Source: Bdellovibrionota bacterium (GTDB lineage Bacteria > Bdellovibrionota_C > UBA2361 > JBGSMV01). Taken from it: DNA of 36,486 bases. Below the pieces are notes generated by a model. It saw nothing but the letters and a program-made list of their open reading frames with translations. It did no database searches and was not told the DNA's origin. Of the stretch, positions 8,378 to 17,368 are shown piece after piece; positions within the stretch are counted from its first letter, which is position 1, and every line of letters starts with the position of its first letter. A program made the position numbers and the translations under genes. The stretch covers positions 1-36,486 of the forward strand of contig JBGSMV010000076.1 in the NCBI GenBank assembly GCA_041739995.1, written 5' to 3'.

Positions 8378-9325
8378 CTATCGACGCCGCAGCATCACAA
8401 ACACCAAACCACCCAGAGCCGCAAGGATATATGACTTTGCTCGGAGCACCAGTCCCACCGCCAAGGCCTGCCCAGGGGTAGCGCCAAGCCCCTGCAAAAA
8501 ATAGAGGAATGCCCCTTCTTGAATTCCAAGGCCGCTAGGTGAAATGGGGATAGCCCCCAAAAGTAAGATGATGGGAAGAACGACAAAGAGCTCATCGAGC
8601 GGAACGCTCTCCCACCCTACCGCCCAGGCAGCAGCGACCGTGTTACAAACGGTCAGGCTATGGAACAAAAATGACAAAGCCATTGCTTTTAACAACAGTC
8701 TTCGATTGGCACGTGCCAAGTTAAAACCTGCTTGGACCCGCTCAAGATGTCCCGCGATTCTCTTTCCCCACGGCAATCGCAAAAGTGTGGATGACGATTT
8801 GGTATGGACCGCAAAACACGAAAGCACTGCCAAAAGTGCCGAGATGCCAAGCAGTGCGAAATAAATTCGCCCCGAAACTAATGATGAGCTCCAGCCGATT
8901 ACAATCCCCAGTGCCAACATGGCAACCAGTCCCGTGAATCGCTCAAGAATGGTCGCGGCCGCCGCCGCATGTTGCCCAGTCACTCGCCCCGCATAGTAAC
9001 TGCGCACTGCGTCTCCTCCAACGAAAGAAGGCGCGAGCAAGTTGACGAAATAGCCTACTAGGTACAATCCACTAAGCTGCCAAGTGCTTGGCACTATGGT
9101 GCCAGGAGCCGTCTCGACTAGAAACTGTCTCCATTTTATTGCACTCACCCAGACCAGCAGGCCCGAGAGACCAAGCAACACTATTACCATCTCCACAGTA
9201 AGGTTCTTCAGTGCAGAAAGAAGCTCCTCAGAACCAACCAGATACAACAGCAGCACGAGCAGCGTGAGGCCGCCAAGCACCTTCAGACCGAACCAAGATT
9301 TTCTTGTTTCTGACCCCTTCATCAC
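8378..9325 (-). CDS. Lysylphosphatidylglycerol synthase TM / UPF0104 flippase-like membrane protein
   Basis: Motifs KWR, GYFVNLLAPSFVGGDAVR, ILERFTG and IPISPSGLGIQEG; multiple TM helices. Confidence 0.9.
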   Translation of the reverse strand: MMKGSETRKSWFGLKVLGGLTLLVLLLYLVGSEELLSALKNLTVEMVIVLLGLSGLLVWVSAIKWRQFLVETAPGTIVPSTWQLSGLYLVGYFVNLLAPSFVGGDAVRSYYAGRVTGQHAAAAATILERFTGLVAMLALGIVIGWSSSLVSGRIYFALLGISALLAVLSCFAVHTKSSSTLLRLPWGKRIAGHLERVQAGFNLARANRRLLLKAMALSFLFHSLTVCNTVAAAWAVGWESVPLDELFVVLPIILLLGAIPISPSGLGIQEGAFLYFLQGLGATPGQALAVGLVLRAKSYILAALGGLVFVMLRRR

Positions 9326-9339
9326 TAACTTCGCCTACT

Positions 9340-10455
9340 TCACTGCATCAAATCTTCAACTGAACGAATTACTAGCTTAGGCGAAAGCGCTCTGAGTGAA
9401 CTCGCCTCATCCGTGATAAGCGACAAAAGCGCTCTGGGAGCCACCCGCTCCGAACTGTCCCTTGCTCGCCCAGCCTCCAGCAATCTATCTGGAATCATCT
9501 TTCGTTCAATGCCCTCCCTACAAAGCTCTTCGATTCTGAAGGTGAGATCATAGAACACTGCCGCACCGCCCAAAAAGTCCTCCTCCCCAAAGCGCTCGCG
9601 ATATCGCCGACGAAACTCAGGTCGAACGGCACTCGTAGCAAACCAGGCCCCCTTGAGAGCGCCTTTAGCAGCTCGCACTTCGGCTGCATTCTCTAAAGTG
9701 ACACAGCCAAAAATCTCTCCTCGATACCCCGCAGCGCGCACTTGCTGGGCCACCGCCGCTACCCTTCCCGCTCGAGCGCAGATGCCAATCCCCATGAGAT
9801 TCAACTCATCAGACTCTTGTGCTCGGTGCTTAAGCAGCAATGTTCCAATATCACCAATCTCCGGTGGCAGCTCCTCAGCAATGAGCTGAGCTCTGGTTGC
9901 AAGCTTAAACCCTTCGGCCACTGCCATCGAATAATCGTCCACATCATTCAGGAACAAAACCTTAGATAGCTGTCGGCGGTCTGCTCCCTCAGCAAGTAGC
10001 TGCCCTTCTTGCGTGCCGCTCGCCCAGGCACGAACAACAGAGCCCCCTGATTGCCCAAGCCTCTCATCGCTTGCCACGGCGATAAGTGGCAGGTGCTCAC
10101 GCTCCGCGATCGGGGCAATTGCCAAAGCAGGAGAAGCTCCCACCACAGTGACCGCATACATCTGCGGCACTGCCATTAATCGCCGAAAGGCCGTCACGGT
10201 ATTGCGCGGTATAAACTGATCATCTTCGAAGATTATCGTCAGAGACGGATCAGGAATGTCCTCAAGTGCAAGTTCTACTCCGCGACGTGGGGCGATTCCG
10301 TAGACGCTTCCAGGGCCAGAGAGTCCAGCGATAAAACCCAAGGTGCACCCAGGCTGAGAACTGGGCTCAGCATTACACGGCTGAGTCCACACAAGGATCC
10401 ATGCACAGGCTGCCAAACTGAACGAAAGGCTTCTTCCTTTCGTCACCCATCTCAT
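9340..10455 (-). CDS. Periplasmic substrate-binding protein, LivJ/Peripla_BP_6 type
   Basis: Signal peptide, LGFIAGLSGPGSVYG...RGVELA, IIFEDDQ and PIAEREHLPLI. Confidence 0.85.
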   Translation of the reverse strand: MRWVTKGRSLSFSLAACAWILVWTQPCNAEPSSQPGCTLGFIAGLSGPGSVYGIAPRRGVELALEDIPDPSLTIIFEDDQFIPRNTVTAFRRLMAVPQMYAVTVVGASPALAIAPIAEREHLPLIAVASDERLGQSGGSVVRAWASGTQEGQLLAEGADRRQLSKVLFLNDVDDYSMAVAEGFKLATRAQLIAEELPPEIGDIGTLLLKHRAQESDELNLMGIGICARAGRVAAVAQQVRAAGYRGEIFGCVTLENAAEVRAAKGALKGAWFATSAVRPEFRRRYRERFGEEDFLGGAAVFYDLTFRIEELCREGIERKMIPDRLLEAGRARDSSERVAPRALLSLITDEASSLRALSPKLVIRSVEDLMQ

Positions 10456-12401
10456 ATCCTTCCGGTCAAAAAGACTCCCGCAGCTCTTCCCACACCGGGG
10501 ACGCCGGGCACTTCTTCGAAGTTCTCATTCCAGAGATTATCAACGACGAAACTAAGTCCAAGCTGCTCAAACCCAGGGATCTTCAACGTGGCCGATAGCG
10601 CTCCAAGAGAATAGGTATTGTCAGAACTTGTACGCAGTGAGTTTGGCTCCTGCTCGCGCCACTCCACGTCGAACCGTAGGTCAATCAAATCAGTGGGGGA
10701 CAGCACCACCGCACTCGTCACGCGATGTTTAGGAAAGTTCATTGCGTAGAAACTTGCATCAACATCGGCGTCCACATCGTACCGAGAGGTTTGGTGCAAG
10801 AAAAAATATCCTAAGTAGAGCGCGTGCCAATCCCCCGCATGGTGCGCGGACAACTCCGTGCCGGTTACCCCCACATCGACACTGTTCGCCGTTCTCGCGG
10901 CAAAAGGCTGCACTCCCTCTTTATAAGTCCAATCCACTAAATTATCGTCGCGACGGTAGAACACTGCTGCCTCTGCACCGAACGATGGTCGCTCCACTTC
11001 GGCCGAAAGTTCGTAAGTAGTCGAAAGAGTCTGGGCAAGATCCTGATTACCCCGGAAGAGCCCTGCGCTCGGGCTCGACCCAATCGCGGTAAATCCAGGA
11101 AGCTCAGTCATTTGAGTTACACTTGCAGTAAGCGCCTCCCAATCATTGTCCGCCCGCGCATTAATTAGAGAAATTTCAGAAAGGGGTGAGAGTCTCCCAT
11201 CGGAGCGATTCGAATCTCCGTATGCAACACCGAGCGCAAAAACCACCTCGGCATTCTCACCGTCAAGATCAACGGCGTAGGTAGGCACCAGAGTGCCGCG
11301 CCAGCGAGAACGACTCAGATACTCTCCCGAAGTCAGTGCCGTAGAATCAACATCCTCGTACAAACTTTGCGCCGAGTACCGCAGGCCCGCTGACCCTTCA
11401 CGGTGCTCGCCGCGCATGTTGAGCCCTGAAGTTTCAGTCGTATGCTCATACGGATTAAACAAACCGGGCTGAGCGACATCGAACTCGTAATTGTCACGAT
11501 TTCGCCTGAAAACTGGCGCGAATTCAAAGAAGCCGCCGCTCTCCTCAGTGTTGGCTACTAGTCTTGGAGCTCTCAGATCGGTGCTGCCTGCTTCCCCTGA
11601 CCCGTAGAACATGCGGTGATTCACCATCACCAAGGTCGTGTGAAGCGACTCAGACTCGACCCCAGAGGATCCTACCAAATCATGCAGTTCACGTAGGGCG
11701 TACAAGTAGCGCCACGAAAAGCTCTTATCATTGTAGCCGGCAATCAGATCCGTCTGGCTCGAATCGGTCAGGATTTGGCAGCGTCCACTTACTCGTGAGA
11801 AGTCCTGGTCTCCATCCTCTCGCGTTCCATTTGATTCAGAATGCGCGGCTCCTACATCACACCCCACACCATCTTCCCCGATGGGACTGGCGATATAAGC
11901 GGACTGTACGTTAGTCGCGAAGTCTCCAAAGCCCAATCGAGCACTTGCAGTGGTCTCGGTGATAGGCGCGAAACCCCAAACGACTGAACCGGAACCGTTG
12001 TTGAATCCAAGTTCGGCATTATCGAGTCCCGTCACACGCTGCACTGTGCCAAGCATGAATGGATCGAGTGGGATTTCAGTGAGGTAATGCCCCGTCTGAG
12101 GATCGAGAATTGTGGCGGCACCGAGTCGTAGACCAGAAGTTTCGAAAGTGCCCCCTCGAATCGCAAGGTCTCCTTGAGCTTCGCCAGAGTTCCTTTCCTG
12201 CAAATCGACCAACGGTTCAAATCTCAGGGTGCTCACTGGAGCCGCGTAGGTCAGGGCCGGATCCTCGTTCGCTACACGCTTTGCGTACACGGAAACTTCA
12301 ATCGGTTCTTGTTCCTCAGCATAAATCCACGATGGAGCGACTAGTGAGGCCGCGGTAAGAATCCAAACACTAGGCATTCGCAAATCGAGTGCTCGTCGCA
12401 T
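10452..12401 (-). CDS. TonB-dependent outer membrane receptor
   Basis: Signal peptide, plug motif QGDLAIRGGTFE...DPQTGHY, barrel end VDNLWNENFEEVPGVPGVGR; RBS GGAGGGGG; 4-nt overlap with the SBP gene. Confidence 0.9.
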   Translation of the reverse strand: MRRALDLRMPSVWILTAASLVAPSWIYAEEQEPIEVSVYAKRVANEDPALTYAAPVSTLRFEPLVDLQERNSGEAQGDLAIRGGTFETSGLRLGAATILDPQTGHYLTEIPLDPFMLGTVQRVTGLDNAELGFNNGSGSVVWGFAPITETTASARLGFGDFATNVQSAYIASPIGEDGVGCDVGAAHSESNGTREDGDQDFSRVSGRCQILTDSSQTDLIAGYNDKSFSWRYLYALRELHDLVGSSGVESESLHTTLVMVNHRMFYGSGEAGSTDLRAPRLVANTEESGGFFEFAPVFRRNRDNYEFDVAQPGLFNPYEHTTETSGLNMRGEHREGSAGLRYSAQSLYEDVDSTALTSGEYLSRSRWRGTLVPTYAVDLDGENAEVVFALGVAYGDSNRSDGRLSPLSEISLINARADNDWEALTASVTQMTELPGFTAIGSSPSAGLFRGNQDLAQTLSTTYELSAEVERPSFGAEAAVFYRRDDNLVDWTYKEGVQPFAARTANSVDVGVTGTELSAHHAGDWHALYLGYFFLHQTSRYDVDADVDASFYAMNFPKHRVTSAVVLSPTDLIDLRFDVEWREQEPNSLRTSSDNTYSLGALSATLKIPGFEQLGLSFVVDNLWNENFEEVPGVPGVGRAAGVFLTGRI

Positions 12402-12542
12402 GAAACTCCCCCTCCATGAACAAAAGTGGCGCCATCAAAGCATAGCTGGCTAATACGATCTAGGTTGAAAGGAAGGTTGGGCCAAGGCTTCGCCCATCGT
12501 CGACTCTCTAGGCTCTCACTAGTAGAACCTTAGTTATTCCTT

Positions 12543-12630
12543 GGGCAATGAACGCGGGGAGAATGAGTCCTGGAAAAATGAGCCCAGGGACAATCGGCCC
12601 AGGGACAATGGGCCCAGGAACAATGAGCAG
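12543..12630. repeat. Degenerate 15-bp tandem repeat, about 6 copies (consensus GACAATGRGCCCAGG)
   Basis: AAT(G/C) cores at 12547, 12562, 12577, 12592, 12607 and 12622, an exact 15-bp period. Confidence 0.85.
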
Positions 12631-12665
12631 CCGGATGCCGCAGAGGCGACTTACTCAGCGGACCT

Positions 12666-13250
12666 TTACTGTGCGATACATAGGGCAAATGCGATCACCT
12701 GCCAGTTGCTCGTCGTGGCAGTCGTCTCGAACCCCCGAACCTGAAACTGACTACTGGAGAAAAGAAGCGGTGCTGCAAAGCTTATCGCCACGGGGAGACT
12801 TGTAGGCACACCAATGCCCTCGATCACGCCTCCGCTGCCGCCGATCACTGTGGTACCGACAGGACACTCGGCGGTTGCCGATTTGGGACTCGTGGAATTA
12901 GAGTCACTCAGCTGACTAGCAATGCTGATACCGGCAAGGGCGGGGGCCCCCTGAGGTCCAATAGGTCCCTGCAAACCCTGAAGACCCATTTCACCTTTGG
13001 GGCCGGTTGGCCCTTGTGGACCCTGAACACCCTGCCCACCAAGTGAAGCAATATTCTCTGGGGTGATAATTGCAACAGTACGCTTAGGACAAGCGGTGCC
13101 GTCAGGAACCGACTTAAGAGCATGTACAACCTTACCGTTCTTCAACCTGGACTTAAGGCAGAGCTGCTCGGCCGACGCTACGCTTGGAATAAGTAGCGCG
13201 AGTACACAAATAGCCATGGTCAGAGCAAAGCCGCGAGTCAAAGTCTTCAT
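12666..13250 (-). CDS. Exported collagen-like protein (about 11 Gly-X-Y triplets) with Cys-containing N- and C-terminal domains
   Basis: Start at 13250 (AGGA upstream; MKTLTRGFALTMAICVLALLIPSVASA signal) preferred over 13346. Contains GGQGVQGPQGPTGPKGEMGLQGLQGPIGPQGAP and ATAECPVGTTVIGG. Confidence 0.85.
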   Translation of the reverse strand: MKTLTRGFALTMAICVLALLIPSVASAEQLCLKSRLKNGKVVHALKSVPDGTACPKRTVAIITPENIASLGGQGVQGPQGPTGPKGEMGLQGLQGPIGPQGAPALAGISIASQLSDSNSTSPKSATAECPVGTTVIGGSGGVIEGIGVPTSLPVAISFAAPLLFSSSQFQVRGFETTATTSNWQVIAFALCIAQ

Positions 13251-13592
13251 GGAAATCCTGTATGGAGAAAATAATCGTAGGGCGCGAATGTTAACCGAGG
13301 AGTTAGACTTAGTCGAGCAAACGCAAACGATCTTCATACGCACCAAATACCCCCCAGGATTTGTCCGCTACCTCCAACAGCCTAGGAGCGGAGCTTCCCC
13401 CAGCCGTAAAAACGTCTCTCTTTCGTTGCAGCTGCATTCACCAGAGTGCGGTATCGACGAACCCCTGCGCGCGGGCTAAAGGCGACCGCCCTCTCTTCAG
13501 CCACGCCATAGGTTTCCTGAAACCGATTCTGGAACGCAGATGTGGCTTGTGCATGCGCTCATGAACCACTGCTTCTACTCGGCACCTTGCTA

Positions 13593-13693
13593 GGAGTCTG
13601 TAACACAGGCACAGAGGACGACGTCCCGCCGACTTGTCCCCCGTAGCGTGAGCGAAGGGGGACCTTCATAGACAGGGCTGTGTTACAGACTCC
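13593..13693. mobile_element. 101-bp MITE-like element with perfect 16-bp terminal inverted repeats and an internal REP-like hairpin
   Basis: GGAGTCTGTAACACAG (13593-13608) and CTGTGTTACAGACTCC (13678-13693); internal GTCCCCC-GTAGCGTGAGCGAA-GGGGGAC (13636-13663). Confidence 0.7.
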
Positions 13694-13743
13694 CAGGCAT
13701 TCTCCGAATTAATTTGGTGAGCACCGCAAACAGGAATGCTAAG

Positions 13744-13933
13744 GTCTAGTGTTCCGTAACATAAATCACTAGACAATCCGCTGGGCGGGAAGTCGGAATA
13801 CTAGAAAATATTTCCGATTTAATCCGGCCTTCCTTGGCCGGATTAAACACGCTCCAAGCTCAGCGTGGGGCCTTGCAACCCCTCGCTTCGCGTCGCCTCA
13901 TCCGCTTCGCGGATGTCTGACCATCCCTGGTCA
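13744..13933. repeat. Array of consecutive hairpins (REP/BIME-like, decayed MITE or structured RNA)
   Basis: GTCTAGTG/CACTAGAC (13744-13774), TCGGAA/TTCCGA (13793-13817), TTTAATCCGGCC/GGCCGGATTAAA (13818-13847), CATCCGC/GCGGATG (13899-13915), TGACCA/TGGTCA (13918-13933). Confidence 0.65.
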
Positions 13934-13939
13934 ACCTAG

Positions 13940-13984
13940 TGTAGTGTTACTGACAAATTGTAAAGAAGCGTTAGTAACACTACA
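13940..13984. mobile_element. 45-bp miniature inverted-repeat element with a YTAG target-like duplication
   Basis: TGTAGTGTTACTGAC and GTTAGTAACACTACA (14/15 match), flanked by CTAG (13936-13939) and TTAG (13985-13988). Confidence 0.7.
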
Positions 13985-14017
13985 TTAGCGTCTGGAAATT
14001 ATATAAGAGGCTCTTCT

Positions 14018-15199
14018 ATGGCTCCCGATCAGTTTCAAGAAGTTACCCGGCAGGGTTACGGCTCAAGAATTACGAGCTCACTCAAAGGCGCGTTATTCGG
14101 AATCGTCCTCTTCCTCGGTAGCTTTGTGCTCTTCTGGTGGAATGAAGGAAACCTCGCTGAGGAAAAATCAGCATTCTCGCAAATCTCAAAAGAAGTAAAG
14201 CGCGCCCCAGTCGATCGAATAGATTCCAATCTAACAGGCAAACTGGTCCACGTGACTGCTCATCTTTCATCTGAAGAGATGCTCGGGGACGAGGAGTATC
14301 TCGACGAGGGGGAGTATTTAGCGCTCGAGCGCCACGTAGAGATGTTTCAGTGGGTAGAGCGCACCGACAAAGACACCAAAGAAAAACTCGGGGGATCAAG
14401 CGAAACCACCACTACTTACCGCTACACGAAGGAATGGAAGAGTGGCCGGGTAGACTCCTCCGAATTCAAACAAGTAGAGGGACATCAGAATCCCGCGCTG
14501 TCCGTTGAAGAAGGAGTATGGAGAGTCTCCGAAAGCTCATTTGGCCCCTATGATGGCAGCGGAATAGTCGAGCGCCTCGACCCTCAAGAGGAGCTTCCCT
14601 TGTCTTCGGGTATGTTGCTGAAATCCGAGGCAGAGCAAGAGGGTTCTTACCTTACTATTCGAAAGGGCACGGGCGATACGCTGGGCGATATACGCATGAA
14701 ATATTTTGCGGTGCGACCAAGCACCTTTTCGATAATTGCGGTACAGACGCCGGGCAACGGATTCGAGGCCTATCACCTTCCAAATGATCGGGTGAAGTTT
14801 CTTATCGAAGAGGGCACTAAAAGCCCCGAAGAAATTATTGCGAATGCACGCAGTGCAGCCGGAATGTTCGCGTGGATCCTGCGTGGAGTTGGCTTTCTTA
14901 TGATGTGGTTTGGAATGAGTCTTTTTTTCCAGCCCCTCGCAATGCTCTTGGCTATTGTGCCGCCAGCGGCCGGGCTCGGCAGGGCGCTTATTGGGGGCTT
15001 TACCTTTTTGCTCGCGCTCGTTTTGAGCATCGTCACCATTATATTGTGCTATATCGCCAGAAATCCCCTGGTTCTTCTGGTTGCGGTCGTGCTCACTCTG
15101 GCGCTTGGACTCTATTTCTACCGAAGGAGAGTGGCAAAAACGCCTTCGTCAGCACCACCGCCCCTCGGAAACACGAGTATCCCTCCTCCGATCAGATGA
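14018..15199 (+). CDS. TMEM43 (LUMA/DUF1625) family membrane protein
   Basis: N-terminal TM ending FWWNEG, GKLVHVT, LERHVEMFQWVE, YRYTKEW, and C-terminal TMs with WILRGVGFLMMWFG. Confidence 0.9.
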   Translation: MAPDQFQEVTRQGYGSRITSSLKGALFGIVLFLGSFVLFWWNEGNLAEEKSAFSQISKEVKRAPVDRIDSNLTGKLVHVTAHLSSEEMLGDEEYLDEGEYLALERHVEMFQWVERTDKDTKEKLGGSSETTTTYRYTKEWKSGRVDSSEFKQVEGHQNPALSVEEGVWRVSESSFGPYDGSGIVERLDPQEELPLSSGMLLKSEAEQEGSYLTIRKGTGDTLGDIRMKYFAVRPSTFSIIAVQTPGNGFEAYHLPNDRVKFLIEEGTKSPEEIIANARSAAGMFAWILRGVGFLMMWFGMSLFFQPLAMLLAIVPPAAGLGRALIGGFTFLLALVLSIVTIILCYIARNPLVLLVAVVLTLALGLYFYRRRVAKTPSSAPPPLGNTSIPPPIR

Positions 15200-15218
15200 G
15201 GAGCGATCAGATGAGGAG
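15189..15218. repeat. Perfect 15-bp tandem duplication spanning the TMEM43 stop codon
   Basis: CGATCAGATGAGGAG at 15189-15203 and 15204-15218. Confidence 0.85.
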
Positions 15219-15394
15219 GCCGTCAGACTTGGGGCTTAACGTGAAGGGGCTGCCCCGGATAGTTACTTTCAGTGACTGTAATTTGCTTTTTGCTCCGTCA
15301 AAAGTACGCTACCCCTCGAAACCAAGCGCGCAGCAAATCTGCGTTCGAGAGCTGGCTTAGACTAATTAGGTTGAAGTGAGGCGCGGGCTGACTC

Positions 15395-17188
15395 CTAGCT
15401 ACGGGGCTCTCGAACAAAGCGCTGCGGAGGACTATAGGGCGTTTTTTTAATAATCTGGCCAGACTTGACGGTGACCGCTCGATACCGTGCGGTGTAGCTT
15501 CCCGGCCTCAAGCCGCGAACACTCACTGCGTTCCTCTTCGCCAGTTTGTCTCGGTTTGTCAGCCGAACGCCTCGTCCTCGAATCTTGTACTGATAACGAA
15601 CCTGTTCGTCTCCACGTGCAGCACCAAGCAATGCTTGAGGACTTCCGGTAGCTGCTGCGGTCAAAATACTGCCGAAAACCTGAAAGGAAAGTAAAGTTCT
15701 TTTGCGCTTCACTTCAATATCTGGAGGAACCTCGATCACTGTATCTTCTCGAAAGGCCGGCAGTGGAATGCCCACATCCGCTGAGTACACGTCCGCACTG
15801 GTAAGATCATTTTCAATAATATTATTCGCCTGCGATAGGAAAGAAACCGTCCCTTGGATTGCATTAAACCCGTCTGCGACCAGAGTACCTCTCGTACTTG
15901 CCCCATCGGGGTCTCCACCAGTGAAGGACACGCTGGCGCGCACAAGCTCAGCTGATTCAAAATCCTTCACGAACACGTCAAGATTATTGTTGTTATCGCT
16001 TGGGACTAGATTGGACGAGTCATCGCTGAACGAAACGAATCGTCCTGTTGGCCCAATCTGGGCGTCCTGAGCATTCCCGTTACCCACAACCCCCGCTGAG
16101 GTGGAGCTCACCAGTTCGCCAATATCGTTGGTAAAGTCATATCGAATCACATGTCTTCGCCCGGCGGTCACTGCGTCACTAATGTTGGTTGCCTCGGTTA
16201 CATAGGAAACAAAACGCCCGTTGTAACTGATTGTCGGCGAAGAGCTGTCTCCATTTCCAGGGAGTCCCGTCGCATCCTTGCTGACAAGTGAGGTGGTGCC
16301 TCTCGCGATGTCATAGGCATAAATTTGGACAAAACCTGGATTCCCCTCGGGAGTCAGGTTCGTCGCACGCGAAGTAAACACCAGCACCTTACCATTACCG
16401 CTCAACTGCGGAGTATCACTGTCGCCGTCAGATTCAGGACTCTGTACCGAAGGTGCAAAAGGAACACTCACTCGCTCGATCACCATGTTAGCGCTTGGGT
16501 TCAGACCCTCGATATCACGGTAGGTTATCGTGGCAAGGTATATATCTCTCTCAAAATTTGTGTCGTCCGAAATAAAATTAGTGGCGTCGGATGAAAAAGC
16601 CACCAGCAAGCTCTTTCGGGTTGGAAGAAACGCCACACTAGGGGAAAAGCTACCCCCATCGGAGGAGAAGTTGGGCGCAGGCGCTATGGAGATAAGGTTC
16701 GTTAACGCCAGAGTAGGAAGAGAGATATAAACGTCCGGGAAATCGTTATTATCGACCAATGTCGAGTCGAGGTTGGTCGCGTCGGACTCGAATACAACCG
16801 CAAAAAGACCGTCAGGGCCAACATTGGAGATAGCTGGATTGCGCGACTCACCATCTCCTTCTATCCCGCTGGAGGATACGCTCACTCGCTGCGTAAGATC
16901 GGTTTGAAGATCTCGGATAAATACATCGCGAGAAAAATTTTGGTCGCTTGGGACCAACTGAGCGTCGGTCGAATGAAAAGCAATATACCTGCCATTCCCA
17001 CTGGCGATCGGTGCACCCGCATTCCCTGCAGGCGAGATCCCACCGGGGCCTGAGCTGATTCGATCAAATGTCCCCACAGAAAGTTGCGCAGAACCTTGGC
17101 GCGGAGAGCAAAATACAAAAACGCAAAAAACCCCCAGCAGAAATATAAACTGCGTCACTGATCGGCATGGCCACGGCTTTAGTCTCAT
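15395..17188 (-). CDS. Exported TolB-like / PD40 beta-propeller protein with a basic C-terminal beta domain
   Basis: Repeats such as SGNGRYIAFHS, DQNFSRDVFIRD, SYNGRFVSYVTEATN and DNNNNLDVFVKD. Start 17188 (GGAG RBS) preferred over 17239. Confidence 0.85.
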   Translation of the reverse strand: MRLKPWPCRSVTQFIFLLGVFCVFVFCSPRQGSAQLSVGTFDRISSGPGGISPAGNAGAPIASGNGRYIAFHSTDAQLVPSDQNFSRDVFIRDLQTDLTQRVSVSSSGIEGDGESRNPAISNVGPDGLFAVVFESDATNLDSTLVDNNDFPDVYISLPTLALTNLISIAPAPNFSSDGGSFSPSVAFLPTRKSLLVAFSSDATNFISDDTNFERDIYLATITYRDIEGLNPSANMVIERVSVPFAPSVQSPESDGDSDTPQLSGNGKVLVFTSRATNLTPEGNPGFVQIYAYDIARGTTSLVSKDATGLPGNGDSSSPTISYNGRFVSYVTEATNISDAVTAGRRHVIRYDFTNDIGELVSSTSAGVVGNGNAQDAQIGPTGRFVSFSDDSSNLVPSDNNNNLDVFVKDFESAELVRASVSFTGGDPDGASTRGTLVADGFNAIQGTVSFLSQANNIIENDLTSADVYSADVGIPLPAFREDTVIEVPPDIEVKRKRTLLSFQVFGSILTAAATGSPQALLGAARGDEQVRYQYKIRGRGVRLTNRDKLAKRNAVSVRGLRPGSYTARYRAVTVKSGQIIKKTPYSPPQRFVREPRS

Positions 17189-17218
17189 GATACTGCGCTC
17201 CGTCGAAAAAAGCATTCT

Positions 17219-17296
17219 ACACTGGATACTGAATAACACTGGATACTAAATAACACTGGATTTCCGTGAACCCCAATATCCATACAGCTGGATATT
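17219..17296. promoter_or_regulatory. 17-bp tandem repeat (2.5 copies) plus an 8-bp inverted repeat upstream of the TolB-like gene
   Basis: ACACTGGATACTGAATA, ACACTGGATACTAAATA, ACACTGGAT (17219-17261); AATATCCA-N6-TGGATATT (17275-17296). The regulatory role is inferred. Confidence 0.45.
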
Positions 17297-17368
17297 CATG
17301 AAACAGGAGCGCCAGACCAGAGTAGTTGCAACCTATGAACTGATTCGTCGATTTCTGGCCATTTTACA

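Noticed and set aside
12402..12560. Cobalamin or other riboswitch upstream of the TonB receptor
   Set aside because: No B12-box or other conserved riboswitch motifs recognisable on the minus strand.
12543..12630. CRISPR array, or coding repeat (ORFs 12541-12744 and 12548-12805)
   Set aside because: Units are contiguous with no unique spacers; the ORFs are antisense overlaps of the collagen-like gene and are explained by the repeat.
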